Origin: Candidatus Adlerbacteria bacterium
GTDB taxonomy: Bacteria; Patescibacteriota; Minisyncoccia; Phycocordibacterales; SBAW01
Length of the DNA stretch: 50,470 nucleotides
Reading direction: 5' to 3'
Assembly: GCA_903884345.1 (NCBI GenBank)
Contig: CAISEE010000043.1
Span: 1 to 50,470 of the forward strand
Numbering within the stretch: position 1 is the first letter of the stretch; each line of letters starts with the position of its first letter. Made by a program: the position numbers and the translations under genes. Shown here in pieces: positions 27,103 through 38,460 of this stretch. Under the pieces are notes generated by a model. It made no database searches. It was not told where the DNA came from and saw only the letters and a list, made by a program, of their open reading frames with translations.

Positions 27103-28584
27103 ATGAACACCAAGCCCCTCTATTTGACGACGACCCTGCCGTACGTAAACGCCGACCCGCACGTGGGGTTTGCGCTCGAGATTGTGCAGGCCGACATCAT
27201 TGCGCGCTACTGGCGGGGCAGGGGCCGCGAGGTCTTTTTCAATACCGGCACCGACGAGCACGGGCAGAAGATTTTCCAGAAGGCTAAGGAAGTGGGGCAG
27301 GACGTCCAGGCCTACGTCGACCACTACGCGGCGCAATTTCGTAAATTGAAGGACGGGCTCAATCTCTCCAACGACGTCTTCATTCGCACCACCGACCCCG
27401 GCCACATCGAGGCGGCGCAAGAACTCTGGGCGCACTGTGCGGCGAACATCGGCCCCCAAGGCCCCGACATCTACAAGAAAAAGTACAAAGGGCTCTACTG
27501 TGTGGGCGACGAGATGTTCGTCAAAGAGGCCGACCTCGTCAATGGTCGCTGCCCCAACCACCCCAACATGGATCCGGTCGAGATTGAGGAAGAGAACTAC
27601 TTCTTTCGCCTCAGCCGCTACCAAAAAGAACTGGAAGCGTATCTCTCGAACCCGTCGGTCATCTTGCCCGATTGGCGTCGCGAGGAGGCGTTGAAGTTCG
27701 TGCAAGGCGGCCTCGAGGACTTCAGCATCTCGCGTGAGACCGCGCGTATGAGCTGGGGCATCCCGGTCCCGGGTGACGAGGCACAGGTCATGTACGTGTG
27801 GTTTGATGCGCTCACCAACTACATCTCGACTCTGGGGTGGCCCCACTCCGCCGAGGCTACGCGGGGCACGCCCGGTCACTTCACAAAGTTTTGGGACGAG
27901 GGCGAGGTGGTACAGCTGGCGGGCAAGGACCAGGTGCGCTTTCAATCCATCATGTGGCAGGCGATGCTCATTTCGGGCAAGGTCAAACACACCGACCGCG
28001 TCGTCTATCACGGCTTCATCACAAGCGGCGGCCAGAAGATGTCGAAGTCTTTGGGCAATGTCATCGAGCCGCTCTCGATTGCCAAGGAGTACGGCATCGA
28101 CGCGCTGCGCTACTTCCTCGCGCGCCACATCCACCCCTTCGACGACTCCGACTTCACGATGGATCGCTTCAAGGAGTTATACAATGCCAACCTTGCCAAC
28201 GGTTTAGGCAACCTCGCCTCGCGCATCATGACCATGGCCGCCGCTAACCTTGCCGCACCGGTGGAGATAGCTGCCGAAACGAAATCAGATACGATGGTCG
28301 CAGAATACGTCGCGAGCTACGAGCTCAACCGCGCGATGGACGCCATTTGGGAGCGCATCGGGCACTGCGATGCATTAATCGCACTCGAAAAGCCGTTCTC
28401 GGGTGTGAAGTCTTCAGATGAACAAGAAAAGGCGAAGGCGTTGGCGTTGATAGAAAAACTCGTGCGGGAATTGCACGCAATCGCATCTGACCTCGCACCC
28501 TTCCTACCAGAAACCTCGGCCGCGATTCTTGCCGCCATCGCCGAACATAAAAAGCCAGCCAACCTCTTCCCGCGCAAAGAATAA
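27103..28584 (+). CDS. metG: methionine--tRNA ligase (short form)
   Basis: TTLPYVNADPHVG, GTDEHGQK, YVWFDAL, KMSKSLGN, LFPR. Confidence 0.97.
   Translation: MNTKPLYLTTTLPYVNADPHVGFALEIVQADIIARYWRGRGREVFFNTGTDEHGQKIFQKAKEVGQDVQAYVDHYAAQFRKLKDGLNLSNDVFIRTTDPGHIEAAQELWAHCAANIGPQGPDIYKKKYKGLYCVGDEMFVKEADLVNGRCPNHPNMDPVEIEEENYFFRLSRYQKELEAYLSNPSVILPDWRREEALKFVQGGLEDFSISRETARMSWGIPVPGDEAQVMYVWFDALTNYISTLGWPHSAEATRGTPGHFTKFWDEGEVVQLAGKDQVRFQSIMWQAMLISGKVKHTDRVVYHGFITSGGQKMSKSLGNVIEPLSIAKEYGIDALRYFLARHIHPFDDSDFTMDRFKELYNANLANGLGNLASRIMTMAAANLAAPVEIAAETKSDTMVAEYVASYELNRAMDAIWERIGHCDALIALEKPFSGVKSSDEQEKAKALALIEKLVRELHAIASDLAPFLPETSAAILAAIAEHKKPANLFPRKE
27841..27870 (+). repeat. REP-like mini-palindrome in frame in metG (PHSAEATRGT)
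   Basis: CCCCACTCCGCCGAGGCTACGCGGGGCACG within the TLGWP..FW loop. Confidence 0.5.
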
Positions 28585-28587
28585 CTA

Positions 28588-29376
28588 ATGCATCTGTTCG
28601 ACTCACATTGCCACGTGCAGCTGCCGCAATTCGACCTCGATCGTGATGCGGTCATTGCGCGTATGCAGGAGCGGGGGATGGGTGCGGTCGTCGTGGGGAC
28701 CGATCTTGAAACCAGTCGCGCTGCAATCGCCCTGGCCGAGCAGCACGACTTTTTGTGGGCCTCCGTTGGGCTCCACCCCAACGACAATCCCGCCGAAGCA
28801 TTCGATGTCGACACATTCGCGGCGCTCGCCACGCACCCGAAGGTCGTCGCAATCGGGGAGTGTGGCTTCGATTTCTATCGCCAGGCACCCACGCCCGAGG
28901 TGTTGGCCGAGCAGCGGGTGCGCTTCGAGCATCACGTGGCGCTGGCGCAAGCCGCCGGCAAACCCCTCATTATCCACTGCCGCTCGACCAAAGACACCGA
29001 GAACGCCCACGAGGCACTTTTGGCCGTCCTGGAGCCACTCCAGGCCAAAGGTCAGCTCCCCATGGGCGTCATGCATTTCTTTACCAACACCGCCGACATG
29101 GCAAAACGTTGCCTTACGCTCGGCTGGTACATCTCCTTCCCAGGTCCCGTCACCTTTACGAACATGTACGACGAATCGATCAAAGCCGTACCGCTCGATC
29201 GTCTCCTAATCGAGACCGACGCCCCCTTCGCCGCCCCAACCCCGCACCGCGGCCAGCGCAACGAGCCAGCCTACGTTGAGGAGGTTACAAAGAAGGTGGC
29301 AGCCATCCGAAACGAGCCCCTCGAGACCATTTTGGCTCAGACTGTCAAGAACAGTCGCACCTTTTTCTCACTGTAG
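28588..29376 (+). CDS. tatD: TatD family hydrolase
   Basis: DSHCH, GLHP, AIGECGFD, IIHCR, ETDAPF, RNEP. Confidence 0.95.
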   Translation: MHLFDSHCHVQLPQFDLDRDAVIARMQERGMGAVVVGTDLETSRAAIALAEQHDFLWASVGLHPNDNPAEAFDVDTFAALATHPKVVAIGECGFDFYRQAPTPEVLAEQRVRFEHHVALAQAAGKPLIIHCRSTKDTENAHEALLAVLEPLQAKGQLPMGVMHFFTNTADMAKRCLTLGWYISFPGPVTFTNMYDESIKAVPLDRLLIETDAPFAAPTPHRGQRNEPAYVEEVTKKVAAIRNEPLETILAQTVKNSRTFFSL

Positions 29377-29417
29377 CCGTTGGTTGCTTTTACCCCCGAC
29401 TATGGTACAGTGCCTGC

Positions 29418-29915
29418 ATGGTTGAAAAATCGCAGGTCAATGAGACCTTAACCCAAGCGATTGATGGACAGGCCGTCTATGAAGTCGGCTTTCACGTCGT
29501 ACCTAACCTCTCCGATGAGGCAGTGGTAGCGGTCGTGGAGAAAATCCGTCAGGCGCTCGGGGATGCAGAAATTATAAGTGAGCAGGTCCCGCAGAGAATG
29601 ACGCTCGCATACACCATCGAGCGCGCAGACTCTGGAAAGCGTGAGAAGTTTACCGAAAGCTATTTCGGCGTTATCAAGTTCGCGACGTCGCCTGACGCGA
29701 CTCCGGCCCTGTCGGAGAAGCTCCGCGGTATGCAGGACGTCCTTCGCTACCTCCTCATCGAGACGGTACGCGAGGAGGTCGGCACCCCGCGCCGCGCGGT
29801 CTTTAGCTCCAATCGTTTGGAGGGCGAGACCATCAAGAAGCCGGTCGTCGAAGAGAAGTCCAAGCCGGTCTCCGAGGAGGATCTCGATAAGACCATCGAA
29901 GCTATCGTCGCCTAA
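29418..29915 (+). CDS. rpsF: 30S ribosomal protein S6
   Basis: YEVGF, LAYTI, VLRYLLI; rpsF-ssb-rpsR synteny. Confidence 0.9.
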   Translation: MVEKSQVNETLTQAIDGQAVYEVGFHVVPNLSDEAVVAVVEKIRQALGDAEIISEQVPQRMTLAYTIERADSGKREKFTESYFGVIKFATSPDATPALSEKLRGMQDVLRYLLIETVREEVGTPRRAVFSSNRLEGETIKKPVVEEKSKPVSEEDLDKTIEAIVA

Positions 29916-29924
29916 CGAACACCT

Positions 29925-30383
29925 ATGTACATCAACAAAGTTATACTGTTCGGGAATTTGACCCGCGACCCTGAGTTAAAGGCGCTTCCCGGAGGGAGTC
30001 AGGTAACGTCGTTCAGTTTGGCCACCAACCGCGTCTTTAAAAAGCCGGATGGTACCAAGCAGGAGGTGACCGACTTTCACAACATCGTCGTGTTTGGCCG
30101 CCAGGCAGAAACCGCCGCACAGTATCTCAAGAAAGGTGGCTCGGTCTTCATCGAAGGTCGCATCCAAACCCGCAGCTGGGAGAGCGAGAAGGGCAAGCAG
30201 TACCGCACCGAGATCATCGCCGAGCAGGTCCAATTTGGGCCGCGCGCAGCAGGCACCGGTAGTGGCGCTTCGACCCCCACATCGTCCTCAAGCTACGGCG
30301 CCGCTCCGGCCGCAAAGGCCCCGAGCGAGGAGTCAATCGACTATCCGACCGAGGACATCAACCCTGATGACATTCCGTTCTAA
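29925..30383 (+). CDS. ssb: single-stranded DNA-binding protein
   Basis: NKVILFGNLTRDPE, C-terminal DDIPF. Confidence 0.98.
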   Translation: MYINKVILFGNLTRDPELKALPGGSQVTSFSLATNRVFKKPDGTKQEVTDFHNIVVFGRQAETAAQYLKKGGSVFIEGRIQTRSWESEKGKQYRTEIIAEQVQFGPRAAGTGSGASTPTSSSSYGAAPAAKAPSEESIDYPTEDINPDDIPF

Positions 30384-30410
30384 ACTAATTCGAACTAATT
30401 AACCAACCGT

Positions 30411-30608
30411 ATGGCAACCGATTCATACATCCCGAAATTCCAGCGCATCGACTACAAAGACGTCGAGACGCTGCGCAAATTCCTCAACCCGCACGGCAAG
30501 ATCATGTCGCGTCGCCGCACCGGCCTCTCGGCAGCCAACCAGCGCGCCCTCGCCCAGGCGATCAAACGCGCTCGCTTCATGGCACTTTTGCCCTACATCG
30601 TCCGCTAA
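30411..30608 (+). CDS. rpsR: 30S ribosomal protein S18
   Basis: [22 protein letters not shown]. Confidence 0.97.
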   Translation: MATDSYIPKFQRIDYKDVETLRKFLNPHGKIMSRRRTGLSAANQRALAQAIKRARFMALLPYIVR

Positions 30609-30621
30609 TCACGGGCACACA

Positions 30622-30664
30622 GGCATCAAAAAATCCCGCTCCAGTGGCGGGATTTTTTGATGCC
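30622..30664. terminator. bidirectional-type terminator with perfect 18-bp stem
   Basis: GGCATCAAAAAATCCCGC-7 nt-GCGGGATTTTTTGATGCC. Confidence 0.88.
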
Positions 30665-30690
30665 CAAGGGCAGGTGTATACTGGTGGCAT

Positions 30691-31050
30691 ATGGATATCG
30701 ATGCAAAGATCGAAGCTATTGTAACCGCGGTTGAAACGAATACCCGCAACATTGGGGAGCTAGGAAAGAACGTCAACGCTCTTGTTGGCAGCGTTTCTGA
30801 CCTGACTGAGATTGTCGTTGCTATGAAAGGATACATGGAGACGAATCTCGTTACAAAGCAGGAGTTAGACGAGAGATTGGGGGAGGAATTAGGCAGTCTC
30901 CGCGAAGAATTGGGCAGCAAAATCGAGGACGTACGTGAAGAATTAGTCGCCAAAATCGACGGCGTACAACGCTCGGTCGACGGTGCCTACGAGCGCCAAA
31001 GCACCCTCGAAACCCGCGTCACCAAACTCGAGACTGTGGTGGGGTTGTAG
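30691..31050 (+). CDS. coiled-coil hypothetical protein
   Basis: Heptad pattern, EEL repeats; TATACT upstream. Confidence 0.75.
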   Translation: MDIDAKIEAIVTAVETNTRNIGELGKNVNALVGSVSDLTEIVVAMKGYMETNLVTKQELDERLGEELGSLREELGSKIEDVREELVAKIDGVQRSVDGAYERQSTLETRVTKLETVVGL

Positions 31051-31052
31051 TT

Positions 31053-31622
31053 TTATTTTTTGTCGACGCGCTCGACGTACTCGCCGAGTTCGGTGTTGAT
31101 GCGCACGACGTCGCCTTCGTTGACGAACAGGGGAGCGTTCACTGTGGCGCCGGTCTCGAGCGTGATTTGCTTCGAGCCGCCCTGCGAGGTGTTGCCGCGC
31201 ACCGCGGGCGGTGCGTCTTTGACGACGAGCTCGACTTTGATCGGCACTTTGATGGCGATGATCTCATCGTTAAAGAGGCGTGCCTCGACGACGGCGTTGG
31301 GCTTGAGGAAGCGGCCCGAAGGGCCCACGAGGTCGTCGCTCAACTCAAAGCGGTCGGCCGGGTTCTGGGGCGAGCAAAACCAGTACGCGCCCTTGTTCAT
31401 GTACAAATATTTGACCTCCTTAACCGAGAGGTCGGCTTCTTCGGCTTTCTCGGACTGATGGAAGGCCTGCTCGGTCACCTTGCCGGTGATGAGGTGGCGC
31501 AGCTTGGTCTGGTTGACCGGCTTGCGCATTTGTTTGCGAAAGACGTGCGCGTCCAAGACCTCGTACGGCTCGCCGTCGACTAAAATCACCTTCTTGGGAA
31601 GGATTTCGTTATATTCAAGCAT
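31053..31622 (-). CDS. efp: elongation factor P
   Basis: PPAVRGNTSQGGSK.ITLETGA, PLFVNEGD, GEYVER. Confidence 0.93.
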   Translation of the reverse strand: MLEYNEILPKKVILVDGEPYEVLDAHVFRKQMRKPVNQTKLRHLITGKVTEQAFHQSEKAEEADLSVKEVKYLYMNKGAYWFCSPQNPADRFELSDDLVGPSGRFLKPNAVVEARLFNDEIIAIKVPIKVELVVKDAPPAVRGNTSQGGSKQITLETGATVNAPLFVNEGDVVRINTELGEYVERVDKK

Positions 31623-31722
31623 GGTCGCATTGTAGCCAAAAAACACATATTGTCCATGGCGAAACCTTTGGCAGCGAAGTGGGGTTCTAGATAACGACCC
31701 AGCTATGTTGTACAGTATTGCT

Positions 31723-32316
31723 ATGGCAGAGGACTACCGTTCGGTTGATGACATCGTCGAACATATGAGCGACGAGGAGATTTTGGCTGCCTCAATCGAG
31801 ACGCCGTCACTTTTTGCGGCCCTGGTACGCAAGTACGAGGCGCCCTTCTTGCGCAAGGCACTGGGCATCGTCAAGAGCCCCGAGGAGGCCGAAGACGTCG
31901 TCCAAGAGGCGTTCGTGAAGATTTATGTTAACGCGGGCAAGTTCAAAAAGCAGGATGGCGCGCAGTTCTCCTCGTGGGGCTATCGCATCCTCATTAACAC
32001 CGCGCTGACCCACTACGCTAAACGCCGCCGCGAGAGCGCCGTGCGCACCGAGATCGACCCCGAGATCTTCGAGCTCCTGCCCGACAAGAATCTGCGCCAG
32101 TTCGAGAAGGCCGAGTTCATGGATGAGGTGGCGTCCGTCCTCTCGCGCCTGCCGGCTCCTTTCGCGCGCGCACTCAATGCCTTCTTCATCGACGGCAAGA
32201 CGCAGGAGGAGATTGCCGAGGACGAAGGGGTGAGTGTGGGGGCAATCAAAACTCGGGTGCACCGCGCCAAGCGCGAATTTAAAAAGGTCTATGAAGCGAT
32301 AACCATTCGTATATGA
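31723..32316 (+). CDS. ECF RNA polymerase sigma factor
   Basis: AEDVVQEAFVK, FSSWGYRI..N, EIAE...SVGAIKTRVHRAK. Confidence 0.92.
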   Translation: MAEDYRSVDDIVEHMSDEEILAASIETPSLFAALVRKYEAPFLRKALGIVKSPEEAEDVVQEAFVKIYVNAGKFKKQDGAQFSSWGYRILINTALTHYAKRRRESAVRTEIDPEIFELLPDKNLRQFEKAEFMDEVASVLSRLPAPFARALNAFFIDGKTQEEIAEDEGVSVGAIKTRVHRAKREFKKVYEAITIRI

Positions 32317-32669
32317 ACCAGCACAGCAAGATCGAGCAGCAGGTCATGGCCGGGGTGGGGGTGGTCTACACCGCGCGCCGCCTTTCGAGCCCGCTTGCCA
32401 TCAAACTCTACGCGCTCGCACTCTCGGTCGTGGGCCTCGTTGTCTTCGTATCGCTCCCGCACGTGGCCGCCAATTTTATGAACGTCGCCCGCGGTGGTGT
32501 TGGCAGCATCGAGGGTTTCGCACTTACCGCGGTGTTACGCACCACCATCGTCGTCCAACTAGCGCTCGGCATCGGCATCTTCGCAATTGTTTCACTTCTG
32601 TCCGACGTCGTGCGTTCGGTTTCTCATCCGCGCGGTCCGCGTGGGCATGCTCAGAGCGTGGCGGCGTAA
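32313..32669 (+). CDS. 2-TM protein, candidate anti-sigma factor
   Basis: ATGA overlap with the ECF sigma gene; two hydrophobic helices. Confidence 0.65.
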   Translation: MNQHSKIEQQVMAGVGVVYTARRLSSPLAIKLYALALSVVGLVVFVSLPHVAANFMNVARGGVGSIEGFALTAVLRTTIVVQLALGIGIFAIVSLLSDVVRSVSHPRGPRGHAQSVAA

Positions 32670-32692
32670 TAGGTCCTGCTGGTGCAGTGAGG

Positions 32693-32721
32693 TTGACAGA
32701 GGTCTCGTAATATGATATGAT
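32693..32721 (+). promoter_or_regulatory. near-consensus sigma70 promoter
   Basis: TTGACA-17 nt-TATGAT with an extended TG. Confidence 0.75.
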
Positions 32722-32751
32722 AGAGTTCAGTTCATTTTCGCGGAGGTTTCC

Positions 32752-33231
32752 ATGTACACGGAGTTATCGTTCGAGCAGATGGTCAGGCTTCTGCAGATAG
32801 CGGCGCGCCTGAAGCAGATCAGGGTCAATGAGGACTACACAGTAGTCAACCGGATTTTTGCCTGGTTTCTCCAGGCGGCAGACTTCCAAAAGACTCAGGA
32901 CGGCGAGATGGAAGAAGGGGAGATTATGCTCCTCTGGGAGACCCAGGACGAACACGGCGCGTTGGGGGCCGACCAGGCCTACTTCGATCTGTTCAGCATC
33001 ACGCTGAATACGCCAAACGAGGTGCCGATGCTGCGGATACCGGCGCCGATTCTCGACCCTTTGACGATACTGTGGGTGGCGAAGATTGCCCACCTCGTCG
33101 AGGCGGGCAATGGGTTTTACGAAGAACCTAAGCCTACTAAGCCAGGTGAACTCGAGTACTTGCTCGGCGAGCTTTACTCGCTCGTACCGGACGAGGAGTT
33201 GAAAGCGGCCGCCAAACGATATCTGGCATAG
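32752..33231 (+). CDS. orphan hypothetical protein
   Basis: 159 aa; own promoter, GGAGGT SD and downstream terminator. Confidence 0.7.
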   Translation: MYTELSFEQMVRLLQIAARLKQIRVNEDYTVVNRIFAWFLQAADFQKTQDGEMEEGEIMLLWETQDEHGALGADQAYFDLFSITLNTPNEVPMLRIPAPILDPLTILWVAKIAHLVEAGNGFYEEPKPTKPGELEYLLGELYSLVPDEELKAAAKRYLA

Positions 33232-33290
33232 CCGCCCAACCCAAAAAGGAACCAAACGGCTCCTTGTGGGTCGGGCGGTTTCTTTTTTTT
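33231..33290 (+). terminator. intrinsic terminator between convergent genes
   Basis: GCCGCCCAACCCA...TGGGTCGGGCGGT followed by a T run. Confidence 0.65.
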
Positions 33291-33298
33291 ATGAGTTA

Positions 33299-34384
33299 CT
33301 ACTCCTCCGGTTCCTCGCCCTCATCTTGGCTGGGGGCCACGCGCTCGCCGGTTGCGACGGTCGCGAGTTTGCCCTGGATGTCGTTGAGAAGTTTGGTGGC
33401 GACTTCGGCATTCTCGCGCAAGAACGTGCGCGAGGCGTCGTAGCCGCGGCCCAATTTCTCGTTGCCGTAGGCGTACGAGCTCCCCGACTTCTTCACGAAG
33501 CCCAGGCTCTCGCCGAGCGCCAAGAGCTCGCCCTCTCGGCTAATGCCCTCGTTGTAGAGGAGGTCAAACTCGGTCTTGCGAAACGGCGCCGCGACTTTGT
33601 TTTTGACGACTTTGACGCGATGGCGGCCGCCGACGACCTCTTCGCCCTTTTTAATCTGCGCGATGCGGCGAATGTCGAGGCGAATCGAGGTGTAGAACTT
33701 CAGCGCCTTGCCGCCCGGCGTGGTCTCGGGGTTGCCGAACATCATGCCGATCTGCATGCGGATTTGGTTGATGAAGATGACGATGGTTTTGGACTTCGCG
33801 GTGATGGCGGTCAATTTGCGCAGGGCCTGGCTCATCAATCGTGCCTGCTTGCCGACGTGGACGGCACCCATATCGCCCTCAATCTCGTCTTTAGGCGTCA
33901 GCGCTGCGACCGAGTCGATGACGATAATGTCAATCTTGCCCGAGCGCACCAAGCTCTCGACGATCTCGAGTGCCTGCTCGCCGGTGTCGGGTTGCGAGAT
34001 GAGGAGTTCATCGAGGCGCACCCCAATCTTGCGGGCGTACTCGGGGTCGAGCGCGTGCTCGGCGTCGATAAAGGCGCAGACGCCGCCCTTCTTTTGTGCC
34101 TCGGCAATCGCGTGGAGCGACAGGGTGGTTTTACCCGAGGACTCAGGCCCATAGACCTCCAAAATGCGCCCGCGCGGGTAGCCGCCAATGCCCAGCGCCC
34201 AGTCGAGCCCGATCGATCCCGAGGGGATGGCGTCGATGTCGACTTTTGGTTGCTCGCCCAGCTTCATAATCGCTTCGTCACCGAACTTCGACTTAATTTC
34301 GCGGATGGCCGCGTCAATGGCGCTGGTGTCGCGCGTCGGCTCTTTGGCAGCTCCCGGGATCTTCTTCACTTTTTCCTTTGCCAT
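33299..34384 (-). CDS. recA: recombinase A
   Basis: [37 protein letters not shown]. Confidence 0.99.
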   Translation of the reverse strand: MAKEKVKKIPGAAKEPTRDTSAIDAAIREIKSKFGDEAIMKLGEQPKVDIDAIPSGSIGLDWALGIGGYPRGRILEVYGPESSGKTTLSLHAIAEAQKKGGVCAFIDAEHALDPEYARKIGVRLDELLISQPDTGEQALEIVESLVRSGKIDIIVIDSVAALTPKDEIEGDMGAVHVGKQARLMSQALRKLTAITAKSKTIVIFINQIRMQIGMMFGNPETTPGGKALKFYTSIRLDIRRIAQIKKGEEVVGGRHRVKVVKNKVAAPFRKTEFDLLYNEGISREGELLALGESLGFVKKSGSSYAYGNEKLGRGYDASRTFLRENAEVATKLLNDIQGKLATVATGERVAPSQDEGEEPEE

Positions 34385-34407
34385 AAAATTTTTGTTATTG
34401 ATAACGA

Positions 34408-34784
34408 TTACGCGTGTTTTGGGGCGGGGCAGTAGTTGAGGACGGTCAGTGCGACGCTCTTTCTGGTGCTGCGGCCGAAGCGGTCGGTGGCAGCCACGGT
34501 AAATACAGTATATCCCGCAGGTGGCGAGAGTGTGACGCTAAAGTGGCCGGCGGCATCGGTGTAGGCCGGCTTGTCGTTGATGGTAAGGAAGGAGATGTTC
34601 TCGGCGGTCCCGGTCACGAGCACGGCACTGGTCGAGGTGGCACTCCCGTCCTGTGGTGTCTCAATCGAGACCTGCGGGCCGCTCAGCAATTTGCGCGCCT
34701 CAAAGAGCCCGTAGCAGAGGACCGACACGAAGATAAGGCAGAGGAGGAAGAATCCAAACAGCTTCGGTGCGGGTCGTGCGGGGC

Positions 34785-34788
<4 letters not shown>
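34408..34788 (-). CDS. small membrane-anchored Ig-like protein
   Basis: TM followed by [18 protein letters not shown]; overlaps the ftsK stop. Confidence 0.7.
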
Positions 34789-37067
<2,279 letters not shown>

Positions 37068-37203
37068 ACACGTACCATGATACCACGCATAGGTATTTTT
37101 GCTTTCTGGCGAAGGTCCAGTATACTCAAGGACACCTACACGGATGTCGGTTGTCCGAGATAATCTCTAGGACAACTCAGAGACAAAATAAGCGACACAC
37201 ACC

Positions 37204-37941
37204 ATGTCCGATACACCGCACAACTTTCACAACTTCGCCTTGAAATCATCCCTTTTTAAAGGACAGCATGATTGGTATTTCTGCTTTCTGAAGTCCGAGC
37301 GCATCGCGCACGTCCTGGCCGTCCTCGCCGAGAGTATCCCCTCTTTCGGTCAGGCCGAATTTGCACAGCTGTATGTGGATGCCGCGTCGCTCCCCAAGAC
37401 GATCTGCCGGTTTGCCGCTGGCGAGGCCGAGGCCGAGGCGGTGTTGGCGACCCTCTTCTCGCTTCTCTCGGGCGTGCGACTCGCGGCGACGCGCGGGCTC
37501 ATCAGTAAAGAGAATACGCAGATTCTCCTCCAGGAGTACCAAGCGCTCGTCGAGCGTTTCGCGGCCAGCACGCACCCGTCTCCCTTCATGCACACGGCCG
37601 ACTTCTCGGTCCCCGAGGTGCGCGAGGAGCGCGCGCCCTCACTCATCGCCACGCGCCTCGCCGACCTTAACCAACCGCTCAAGGACACTGCTTCTAAAGG
37701 ACACTCAGTGCCGCCAAAAGGACAGACCGCGGCTGCCGAGGCCCCCAACGAGCGCGCGTCCCAGATCCTCAAATTCGTGCAGGAGAAGCGCAGCGTTTCC
37801 ATCAAGGACATTTCCTCTACCGTGCGCGGCTGCAGCGAAAAGACCATCCAGCGCGAGCTGGCATTTCTTATACGACAGGGTCTTGTCCGCAAGACGGGCG
37901 AGCGTCGCTGGAGCCAGTACCTGCCCGTCGCCCGGGGCTAG
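37204..37941 (+). CDS. protein with C-terminal DeoR-like winged HTH
   Basis: SIKDIS...CSEKTIQREL..L...G...KTGERRWSQY. Confidence 0.8.
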   Translation: MSDTPHNFHNFALKSSLFKGQHDWYFCFLKSERIAHVLAVLAESIPSFGQAEFAQLYVDAASLPKTICRFAAGEAEAEAVLATLFSLLSGVRLAATRGLISKENTQILLQEYQALVERFAASTHPSPFMHTADFSVPEVREERAPSLIATRLADLNQPLKDTASKGHSVPPKGQTAAAEAPNERASQILKFVQEKRSVSIKDISSTVRGCSEKTIQRELAFLIRQGLVRKTGERRWSQYLPVARG

Positions 37942-38460
37942 ATCGTGAGCCCCGAGTGAACCTTTTGTACGTCCCAAACGTATAGTCTTTTCAGAGTCCA
38001 TGTATATATAGAGTGTCGTTGACCGCACCCCCGGTTTGGTGTAGATTACGGGGTATGTGGCAACACAAAGGCAAGCTCGATTTTGGGGCTTGTTTTGCGA
38101 TGTTGTCCACAGTATTTCGTTGCGGTTCATGGTCCTGACACTCTATACTTGGTAGAGCGACGCATTGTCGGCATTTCAGGCTACATAACCGCACGGCTGA
38201 TACATCCCGTTCATTGACAATTGAATACTCAAAATTGGTTTCAACTTCGTTGTACCGACATTCCTTCTCCCTTCACGGTTGCTACTGTCTGCGTGTCCCA
38301 CTTCCTTCCTGCTACCAACGCTCTCTACGTACGTCGAGGAGCGGCCGCCTCTTTAATAGATGTCAGCCGCCCGGACGATTCGTGGAGCGGGTAGAAAATA
38401 GTTTGGTTCTACTTTATTGGGATTATCAGTAATTATTAATAGTTCCACTTAGCAAATATC

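Noticed and set aside
26437-28134. 565-aa minus-strand ORF
   Set aside because: Antisense shadow of the AI-2E transporter and metG.
33266-34435. 389-aa plus-strand ORF
   Set aside because: Antisense shadow of recA.
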